In this document: piece by piece, positions 57,218 through 64,000 of the stretch | Position numbering within the stretch: the stretch's first letter is position 1 | Layout of the letters: each line of letters starts with the position of its first letter | NCBI GenBank assembly: GCA_034431435.1 | Contig: DAOUDG010000084.1 | Coordinates: 78,591 to 142,590 of the forward strand | From: Anaerolineae bacterium | GTDB taxonomy: Bacteria > Chloroflexota > Anaerolineae > Epilineales > JAHCIE01 | Direction of reading: 5' to 3' | DNA length: 64,000 nucleotides | The notes under the pieces: model-generated | Seen by the model: the letters and a program-made list of their open reading frames with translations, nothing else | The model's database searches: none | What the model was told of the DNA's origin: nothing | Translations under genes and position numbers: made by a program

Positions 57218-60200
57218 ATGGACCTGTCCCATCTCAACGACCGCCAGCGCGAGGCCGTCACCGCCCCCGATGGCCCCACCCTGGTTCTGGCCGGGCCTGG
57301 CTCCGGCAAGACTCGCGTCCTCACCTACCGCGTCGCCCACCTGGTCAAGGACCGCGGCATCTCACCCCGCGCCATCATGGCCGTGACCTTTACCAACAAG
57401 GCGGCGCGGGAGATGAAGGCGCGGCTGGGCAAGGTCATCGGTGAGGCGGCCCTGGCCGAGCTGACCATCGGTACGTTCCACGCCGTGTGCGCCCGCATCC
57501 TGCGGGTCGATGGGCAGTATGTCGGCCTGGAACGCGCCTTCGTCATCTTCGACACTGATGACCAGACCGCCCTGGTCAAGCAGATCGTCCAGGACCTGAA
57601 TCTCAACGATAAGCTGTACCGCCCGGCGGCCCTGCTGGGGGCCATCTCCAACGCCAAGAACGACCTCATCCCACCCGAGGCCTACACCCCACCCACCCAC
57701 TGGCACGAGATCGCCCGCCGCGTCTACGAGCGCTATCAGGCCGCGCTGCTCACCAATAACGCCGTCGACTTCGACGACCTGCTGATGAAGACGGCCGAGT
57801 TGCTGCGCGACAACCCGGCCGTGCTGGACAAGTACCGCCGCCGCTACGCTCACATTCTGGTCGACGAGTTCCAGGATACCAACAGCGCGCAGTACCAGCT
57901 CGTCCGTCTCCTGGCGGGCGACGGCGGCAACCTGTTCGTCGTGGGCGACGAGGATCAATGCCTCCCAGCGGGCACGCCGGTTGCCACGCCTGACGGCCCG
58001 CGCCCCATCGAGACTCTGGCCGTCGGGAACAGGGTGACGGCGGCCCACGGGCGCGGCGTGGCGGGGGCGGCGACCATCGAGCGAGTGCGCGAGAAGGTGT
58101 ACCACGGGCCGTTAGTGAGCATCGTGACGCAGCGCGGCCATCAGCTGCGGGCCACCCCCAACCACATGCTGTTCGCCCGCCTGGGCCTGCCCATCGACCG
58201 CCACTATGTCTATCTCATGTACCGTCGCGACAAGGGCTATCGCGTCGGCCTGGCGCAGGGCGCGCATGGCGACGGCGTTCACCCCGAGTTGGTGTCCGGC
58301 CTGCGGCAGCACGGCAACCAGGAGCACGCCGACAAGCTGTGGCTGCTGCGAGTGTGCGCCTCCCGCGCCGAGGCCCAGTACTACGAAGCCCTGTACGCCG
58401 CCGAGTATGGCCTGCCGACATCCGTCTTCCACACCACAGGCCGCCCCACGGCGCTAGACCAGCCCTGGCTCGACCGCCTGTACGCCGAGATCGACACCGA
58501 GGCGCGGGCGCGGCGGCTGATGGCCGATCTTCACCTGTATGCCGACTACCCGCATCACCGCCCGAAGGGTGTGGCCGGCGAGCGTCTGCCTGACCGGATC
58601 GCGGTCCAGGTGACCATGTTCAGCGCTACGCGCCGCTCCGCTGGCGGGCAGTGGCACGCCCACCGCGCTACCCTAAACACGACGGACGCGGCGTTGCGCG
58701 AGCGCCTGGAGGCGCGGGGCTACGCCACGCGCCCCGGCCGACGCGCCGCGTGGCGCTGGGATGGGCAGCGGCTCGCTTTTGGCGAGGTGGAAGGGCTGGC
58801 GGCGGCGGTCTCTGAGGCGGGGGGTAGGCTGGAGGTGGCGCGGGCGGCCTGCCTGACCGAGACGCGCCGTACGGACGGCACGACCCTCAAGTTCGATTTC
58901 CACCCAGCCAGCCACATTCACCCGACGATGATCGTGCCGGTTCTGGAAGACGGGCGCATCGTCGACGACGATGTCGTGACGGTGGAGTGGCTCGACTACG
59001 AGGGGCGCATCTACGACCTGGACGTGACCGCCGTCCACAACTACGTGGCGGGTGGCCTTGTCGCCCACAACTCCATCTACTCCTGGCGAGGGGCTGACTT
59101 CCGCAACGTGATGCGCTTCCGCGACGACTACCCCGAGGCGCAGGTCATCCTGTTGGAGCAGAACTACCGCTCCTCCAAGAACATCCTCGACGCGGCCCAG
59201 GGCGTCATCCGTGGCAATCGCATGCGCCACCCCAAGGCGCTGTGGACGGAGAAGGCTGAAGGGCTGAAGATTCAGGTCTACGAGGCGTACAACGAGCAGG
59301 AAGAGGCCGATTACGTGGTTGGCGAGATTCAGCGTCTGGTGGCCCGCCAGCAGGCGCGCTATAGCGACGTCGCCGTCATGTATCGTACCAACGCCCAGTC
59401 GCGCTCGCTGGAAGATGCCTTCGTGCGGCGCAGCATCCCCTACAAGCTGGTCGGCTCGACGCGCTTCTACGAGCGGCGTGAGGTCAAGGATATCCTGGCC
59501 TACCTGCGCCTGGCCCACAACCCCTTCGACACCATCAGCCTGCGCCGCGTCATCAACGTGCCGGGGCGCGGCATCGGCGACAAGACCGTCGCCCTGCTGT
59601 GGGCGTGGGCCGAACGCCTGGACGTGCCGCCCTACACCGCCCTCAGCCTGCTGCGCGACGCCCACACCGCCGCTACGCCGCTGCCCATGCCGTCGCCCTT
59701 CGACAAGCGCGCCGAGCGCGCCCTGCTGGACTTCGCCGCCATCCTCGACGACATGGTGGCGGCCAAGCTGGCCCTGGACGCGCAGGCGCTCCTCGACCGT
59801 ATCATCGAGCGCATCGGCTACCAGGACTATCTGCGCGACGGGACGGCCGAGGGTGACAGTCGCTGGGAAAACGTGCTGGAACTACGCACGGTGGCGGGCG
59901 ACTACGCGGCGTTGCCGCTGGACGAGGGCCTGCCGACGCTGCTGGAGGAGGTGTCCCTCGTCGCCGACGTGGACGAACTGGATGAGAAGAAGGACGCCGT
60001 GACGCTGCTGACCCTCCATGCCGCCAAGGGGTTGGAGTATGGCACGGTGTTCCTGGTCGGCCTGGAAGAGGGCATCCTGCCCCACAAGCGCAGCCTGGAG
60101 GACCCATCCCCCGACGCGCTGGAAGAGGAGCGCCGCCTGGCCTACGTGGGCATGACCCGCGCCCAGGAGCGACTCTACCTGGTGTATGCCTTCCGCCGCG

Positions 60201-60568
60201 CCCTGTGGGGGCAGAGCAACCTCACCGAGCCGTCGCGCTTCCTGCGCGACGTGCCCCACCCCCTGGTCGATGCCAGGACCGAGCGCAAAACCGCGCCGCT
60301 GCCACCGCGCCAGGGCATCGCCGCCAGTCGCGGCCTGCCTGGCCCGTCGAGCGCGTCCGCGGCCGGCCGCAACAGCTTCAAGTTCGGCGAGCGCCCCGCC
60401 GCTACCCCGGCCGCCGCCCGCTACCGCCCTGGCGACAAGGTGACGCACCCCGTCTTCGGCGACGGCACGGTCCTGGCGAGCAAGACCAGCGGCGACGACG
60501 AGGAGGTGGACGTCATCTTCAAGGGCGGCGCCAAGAAGCTGCTGGGGAGCTACTTGAAGAAGAAGTAG
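57218..60568 (+). CDS. pcrA: ATP-dependent DNA helicase PcrA/UvrD (SF1) interrupted by an intein
   Basis: Motif I AGPGSGKT, motif Ia, motif II DEFQDTN, motif III split (VVGDEDQ | SIYSWRGA). C-terminal PcrA-type Tudor-like tail (GDKVTHPVFGDGTVL...). 1116 aa from the ATG at 57218, versus about 740 aa for intein-less homologs. Confidence 0.9.
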   Translation: MDLSHLNDRQREAVTAPDGPTLVLAGPGSGKTRVLTYRVAHLVKDRGISPRAIMAVTFTNKAAREMKARLGKVIGEAALAELTIGTFHAVCARILRVDGQYVGLERAFVIFDTDDQTALVKQIVQDLNLNDKLYRPAALLGAISNAKNDLIPPEAYTPPTHWHEIARRVYERYQAALLTNNAVDFDDLLMKTAELLRDNPAVLDKYRRRYAHILVDEFQDTNSAQYQLVRLLAGDGGNLFVVGDEDQCLPAGTPVATPDGPRPIETLAVGNRVTAAHGRGVAGAATIERVREKVYHGPLVSIVTQRGHQLRATPNHMLFARLGLPIDRHYVYLMYRRDKGYRVGLAQGAHGDGVHPELVSGLRQHGNQEHADKLWLLRVCASRAEAQYYEALYAAEYGLPTSVFHTTGRPTALDQPWLDRLYAEIDTEARARRLMADLHLYADYPHHRPKGVAGERLPDRIAVQVTMFSATRRSAGGQWHAHRATLNTTDAALRERLEARGYATRPGRRAAWRWDGQRLAFGEVEGLAAAVSEAGGRLEVARAACLTETRRTDGTTLKFDFHPASHIHPTMIVPVLEDGRIVDDDVVTVEWLDYEGRIYDLDVTAVHNYVAGGLVAHNSIYSWRGADFRNVMRFRDDYPEAQVILLEQNYRSSKNILDAAQGVIRGNRMRHPKALWTEKAEGLKIQVYEAYNEQEEADYVVGEIQRLVARQQARYSDVAVMYRTNAQSRSLEDAFVRRSIPYKLVGSTRFYERREVKDILAYLRLAHNPFDTISLRRVINVPGRGIGDKTVALLWAWAERLDVPPYTALSLLRDAHTAATPLPMPSPFDKRAERALLDFAAILDDMVAAKLALDAQALLDRIIERIGYQDYLRDGTAEGDSRWENVLELRTVAGDYAALPLDEGLPTLLEEVSLVADVDELDEKKDAVTLLTLHAAKGLEYGTVFLVGLEEGILPHKRSLEDPSPDALEEERRLAYVGMTRAQERLYLVYAFRRALWGQSNLTEPSRFLRDVPHPLVDARTERKTAPLPPRQGIAASRGLPGPSSASAAGRNSFKFGERPAATPAAARYRPGDKVTHPVFGDGTVLASKTSGDDEEVDVIFKGGAKKLLGSYLKKK
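57959..59071 (+). mobile_element. Intein (371 aa) inserted in helicase motif III of PcrA/UvrD
   Basis: Begins with Cys (CLPAGTPVATPDG, block A), block B TPNH (LRATPNHMLF), C-terminal blocks F/G (IYDLDVTAVHNYVAGGLVAHN) followed by +1 Ser of the extein (SIYSWRGA). About 220-aa central region, larger than a mini-intein. Confidence 0.85.
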
Positions 60569-60575
60569 GGAGGAC

Positions 60576-60645
60576 GCAGGGCGAAAGACCAACGACCAAC
60601 AGGCCGGTCGCGTGGTCCTTCGTCCTTCGTCCCTGGTCCTTTACC
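60576..60645. repeat. Degenerate second copy of the GGTCCTTCGTCCCTGGTCC hairpin repeat family
   Basis: gcagggcgaaagacca...tggtccttcgtccttcgtccctggtcc between the pcrA stop and the ndk start. Compare 12094-12163. Confidence 0.45.
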
Positions 60646-60681
60646 ACGAGCATCCACACCCACGAAAGGATTACCCCACCC

Positions 60682-61131
60682 ATGGAACGCACCTTTTTCA
60701 TGATCAAGCCCGATGGCGTGCAGCGCGGCCTCGTCAGCGAGATTCTTGGCCGCGTCGAGCGGCGCGGCTTGAAGCTCGTCGCCATGAAGTTCATGCAGGT
60801 CAGCCGCCCGCTGGCCGAGGAGCACTACGCCATCCACCAGGGCAAGGGCTTCTACGACGGCCTCATCGAGTACATCACCTCGGGGCCGGTCGTGGCCTGC
60901 GTCGTCGAGGGGCCAAATGCCATCGCCCTGGTGCGCCAGACCGTCGGCGCCACCCGCCCCCACGAGGCCGCCCCCGGCACCATCCGCGGCGACCTGGCCG
61001 TGATGGTCGGCCGCAATCTGGTCCACGCCTCCGACGGTCCAGAGACCGCCGCCACCGAGACGGCGCTGTGGTTCCAGCCCGACGAGATCGTCGCGTGGGA
61101 GCAGCCCGCGCTGAAGTGGATCGTCGAGTGA
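60682..61131 (+). CDS. ndk: Nucleoside diphosphate kinase
   Basis: MERTFFMIKPDGVQRGLV...NLVHASD. Canonical NDK including the catalytic His in the NxxHxSD motif. Confidence 0.95.
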   Translation: MERTFFMIKPDGVQRGLVSEILGRVERRGLKLVAMKFMQVSRPLAEEHYAIHQGKGFYDGLIEYITSGPVVACVVEGPNAIALVRQTVGATRPHEAAPGTIRGDLAVMVGRNLVHASDGPETAATETALWFQPDEIVAWEQPALKWIVE

Positions 61132-61140
61132 TCGTCCGTA

Positions 61141-61185
61141 GAGCGTGGAGCGTGGAGCGACTCAGAACATCGCTCCACGCTCCAC
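61141..61185. terminator. Bidirectional hairpin terminator between convergent ndk and Fe-ADH genes
   Basis: agcgtggagcgtggagcga-ctcagaaca-tcgctccacgctccac: about 16-bp perfect stem between the two stop codons (61131 and 61189). Confidence 0.55.
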
Positions 61186-61188
61186 GAC

Positions 61189-62349
61189 CTAAAGACTCGC
61201 TGCCAGGATGCGCACCCAGTCCTCGCGGCTCGGTCGGACGGGACTACGGACGATGAAACGCTCCTCGCGCATGATCCAGTCGGCGAGGTCGGGCAGGTCG
61301 GCCGGGCCGACGCCGGCCGCCTCCCCCAGCCCCGGCAACCCCACCCGCTCGTAGAGGGCAGCCACCAACGTCGGCGCGTCGGCGTCGACTACATCCAGAT
61401 ACCGACAGGCGGGGGCCAGGGCGCGCCCCGCCGTCGCCAGTTGCGCCTCTGTCGCCGGCTGGATGAAGTCGAGGGCCGGGCCGAGACTGACGGTGCAGCA
61501 CAGGCCGTGGGGCAGGTGGTAGCGCGTGCCCAGGGCATGGCCCGCCGCGTGCCCCAGGTGCAACAGGCCGCTAGGGAAGGCCAGCCCCGCCAGCAGCGCG
61601 GCCTGGCTCATGCCGCTGCGCGCCTCCAGGTCGCGGCCGTCCTCGACAGCGCGCACCAGGTAGCGGCCCACCAGGTCCAGCGTGCTCGTGGCGAGGGCGT
61701 CGGCCAGGGGGTTGGCGAAAACCGTCGTCATGGTCTCGATGGCGTGGGCCAGAGCGTCCATGCCGGTCGCGGCCGTCAGGCGCGCTGGCATCGAGAGGGT
61801 CAGGGTCGGGTCGACCAGAGCGACGCGGGGCGCGATGGCAGCGTCCGATAGGGATTTCTTGATCCGCATCACGGGGTCAGTGACAACAGCGACCGGCGTC
61901 ACCTCCGAGCCGGTCCCCGACGTGGTGGGCAGACAGATAAGGGGGGCGATCGGCGGGACCGCGCGGGTTGCGTTCGGAATGGCGTAGGCCAGGATGTCGT
62001 CGCTGTCGTCGGCGGCCAGCACGGCAAAGGCCTTTGCGCTATCCATAGCCGAGCCGCCGCCCAGCGCCACCAGACCATCTGCCCCGCTATCGCGCAGCGC
62101 GGCCGCGCCGCGCCGAATGTCGTCGGCGTCTGGGTCCAGGGCGACATCGCTGTAGAGGGTGACGGCCAGACCCGCGTTAGCCAGCGTGCGGCGGATGTCG
62201 TCGGGCATGCCCGTCGCCGTCAGGCCGGAGTCGGTGACCAAGAAGACACGACGCATGCCGAGTCGCCGGGCGTGGTCACCCACCTTCTGGGCCTGGCCGA
62301 CGCCGAAGAAGATGGCCGTAGGCGCATGGAAGCGGAACTCGCGCGTCAT
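61189..62349 (-). CDS. Iron-containing (group III) alcohol dehydrogenase
   Basis: GGGSAMDSAKA (Fe-ADH glycine-rich signature) and a His-rich metal site (HLGHAAGHALG). Confidence 0.85.
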   Translation of the reverse strand: MTREFRFHAPTAIFFGVGQAQKVGDHARRLGMRRVFLVTDSGLTATGMPDDIRRTLANAGLAVTLYSDVALDPDADDIRRGAAALRDSGADGLVALGGGSAMDSAKAFAVLAADDSDDILAYAIPNATRAVPPIAPLICLPTTSGTGSEVTPVAVVTDPVMRIKKSLSDAAIAPRVALVDPTLTLSMPARLTAATGMDALAHAIETMTTVFANPLADALATSTLDLVGRYLVRAVEDGRDLEARSGMSQAALLAGLAFPSGLLHLGHAAGHALGTRYHLPHGLCCTVSLGPALDFIQPATEAQLATAGRALAPACRYLDVVDADAPTLVAALYERVGLPGLGEAAGVGPADLPDLADWIMREERFIVRSPVRPSREDWVRILAASL

Positions 62350-62408
62350 AGCAGACCTCCTGGGGCGAGGCGGCGGGCCGCACGGATGCGGGGATTATAG
62401 CATCGGTG

Positions 62409-62417
62409 TGGTATAAT
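62409..62417 (+). promoter_or_regulatory. Extended -10 promoter element (TGgTATAAT) upstream of the glutamine-synthetase-family gene
   Basis: tgTGgTATAATcg at 62409-62417. AGGAGG RBS at 62430-62435, 8 nt before the ATG at 62444. Confidence 0.3.
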
Positions 62418-62443
62418 CGTCCTCACCAGCCAGGAGGCGACGC

Positions 62444-63799
62444 ATGACACGCGACGAGGTGGTGCAGCGGGCAAGGGAGCACGGCGCGCGCTTTATCCGA
62501 TTCTTGTATTGTGACACAGCGGGGGTGATTCGCGGCAAGGCTGTCCACATCGATATCCTCGGCGACCGGCTGCGTAACGGCGTGGGATTGCCGATCGCGC
62601 TGCAAGGGCTGAACATCCTCGACCAGCTTCAGCCTGTCGAGAACCTCGGCCCGGTCGGCGAAGTGCGCCTCGTCCCCGACACGTCCACCTTCCACGCGCT
62701 ACCCTACGTCCCCCATCAAGCGGCCCTGACATGTGACCTTCTCGATAGCGACGGTGGGCCGTGGGCGCTCGACGCACGCTCGCTGCTGCGCTACCACATC
62801 GACCGCGCGGCGACACGCGGCCTGGGCATGCAGGTGGCCTTCGAGAACGAGTTTACGCTACTGAACCGCACGCCGGAAGGCCAATACCTGCCCTTCGACC
62901 AGTCACCGACATATAGCGCGGTGGGCATGACCAACGCGGCGGGCTTCATCGACGACCTGGGCGCGACCTTCGAGATGCAGGGCCTGACCGTCGAGCATTA
63001 CCACCCGGAGGGGGGGCCGGGTCAGCAGGAGCTGACCATCCGCCATGCCGACACCATGCGCGCCGCCGACAATCAGGTCATCTTCCGCGAGACGGTCCGC
63101 GGTGTCGCCAGCAAGCACGGCATCCTGGCCTCCTTTGCCCCCAAGCCCATCGCTGACCAGCCCGGCAACGGGGCGCACATCCACTTCAGCCTGTGGGACT
63201 CGGGCTTCATTCGCAACCGTCTCTACGACCCCGAGGCGTTGTATGGCCTGACACCCCTGGCCCGCTCGTTTCTGGCGGGCGTACTGGCGCACCTGCCCGC
63301 GCTGACCGCCCTCACCTGCCCCACCTACAACAGCTACCGCCGCCTGCACCAGCCGCGCAGCTGGACGTCGGCCTTCACCGCCTGGGGGCCGGACAATCGC
63401 GAGGCGGCGGTGCGTGTGGCGTCGGGGCTGTGGGGAGCCGACGGTCGCACGGTCAACCTGGAGCTGCGCCCCGTCGACCCCAGTTGCAACCCGTACCTGG
63501 CCCTGGCGGGCCTGATCGCGGCCGGCATCGACGGCGTGGACAAGGAGATGGACCCCGGCGAGCCGGTCCAGGTAGACCCGGCGACCCTGCCCAACGAAGA
63601 CCGCGAGGCGCAGGGCATTCAGCTGCTGCCGACCAGCCAGATGGAGGCGATGCTGGCCTTGCGCGCCGACCCGGTCATGATGAGCGCCCTGGGGCGGGAG
63701 CTGGCCGCCGTCTACCTGGCGGTGCATACGTCGGAGTACGCCGCCTTCCGCCGCGAGACGGCCGGCTTCGAGATTCAGCACCATCTGCTGAAGTTCTAG
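62444..63799 (+). CDS. Glutamine synthetase family protein (type I-like catalytic domain; possibly gamma-glutamyl-amine ligase)
   Basis: 451 aa. GS beta-grasp N-terminus and catalytic-domain blocks (FENEFTL; HYHPEGGPGQQE; GAHIHFSLWD; NSYRRL). Confidence 0.8.
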   Translation: MTRDEVVQRAREHGARFIRFLYCDTAGVIRGKAVHIDILGDRLRNGVGLPIALQGLNILDQLQPVENLGPVGEVRLVPDTSTFHALPYVPHQAALTCDLLDSDGGPWALDARSLLRYHIDRAATRGLGMQVAFENEFTLLNRTPEGQYLPFDQSPTYSAVGMTNAAGFIDDLGATFEMQGLTVEHYHPEGGPGQQELTIRHADTMRAADNQVIFRETVRGVASKHGILASFAPKPIADQPGNGAHIHFSLWDSGFIRNRLYDPEALYGLTPLARSFLAGVLAHLPALTALTCPTYNSYRRLHQPRSWTSAFTAWGPDNREAAVRVASGLWGADGRTVNLELRPVDPSCNPYLALAGLIAAGIDGVDKEMDPGEPVQVDPATLPNEDREAQGIQLLPTSQMEAMLALRADPVMMSALGRELAAVYLAVHTSEYAAFRRETAGFEIQHHLLKF

Positions 63800-64000
63800 C
63801 GGTCTTCAGCCCTGACAGGTCTGCCAAGACCCAGGTTAGAGTTTCCTCATCCCACGCCACCCGGCGTTAGAACCCGTTCCCCCATCACCTCAAAGCATAG
63901 GACCGGCCGCCGGTCGGCGCTGCGTGTTTGCCGCTGCGCTGAATGTGGTCATAATTGGGACTCTGGCTGCTGGGCAGCGTTCTCCAACGAGGTATCTCCA

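Overview
High-GC (~68-70%) bacterial chromosomal window. Gene content looks Chloroflexi-like, which is an inference from the gene set and not a search result. About 60 protein-coding genes are supported; no rRNA, tRNA, CRISPR array, transposase or prophage was recognised. The window runs through these regions in order. (1) A glycogen/maltodextrin module, 1-6374: glgX C-terminus, a GH63-like glucosidase and a MalT-like LuxR/LAL regulator. (2) A small membrane/redox cluster, 6500-11115: DUF6326-like, C_GCAxxG_C_C, DUF4386 and two MDR quinone oxidoreductase paralogs. (3) A minus-strand, operon-like block, 12177-19234: tpiA followed by a sigma-factor-less partner-switching module with two GAF-PP2C (RsbU-like) phosphatases, an RsbW-kinase::STAS fusion and a stand-alone STAS. 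(4) An MFS transporter and a secreted protein with two tandem chagasin-like (I42) inhibitor domains, 19340-21821. (5) An Arn-like lipid-linked aminosugar module, 22092-25883: Wzy_C-like membrane protein, ArnE/F-like 4-TM protein, DegT aminotransferase and a GT2. (6) Housekeeping and envelope genes, 26011-32547: sppA, a C26 amidotransferase, an MGDG-synthase-like GT28, DUF951, an M50 protease, an HD protein, prephenate dehydrogenase and a GIY-YIG protein. (7) A large ABC-transporter-dependent glycan cluster, 32657-45071: Wzm/Wzt with a C-terminal glycan-binding domain, six GT4 and one GT2 glycosyltransferase, and a three-times repeated uncharacterised conserved-motif/coiled-coil module. This module is the most novel-looking feature of the window. 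(8) Mixed catabolic genes, 45121-49584: YdeI-like, SDR, MBL hydrolase, L-asparaginase and a sugar-phosphate isomerase. (9) 49755-57202: mutY with a NUDIX C-terminus, an NTase-like protein, an M20 peptidase, an MFS transporter, a PQQ-type sugar dehydrogenase with a freshly duplicated N-terminal domain, and a J-domain membrane protein. (10) pcrA/uvrD interrupted by a 371-aa intein in helicase motif III, 57218-60568. (11) ndk, a convergent terminator, an Fe-ADH and a glutamine-synthetase-family gene to the window end. Two short intergenic repeat families and several hairpins were also seen. Many long ORFs in the six-frame track lie antisense to or overlap real genes and are high-GC artefacts.
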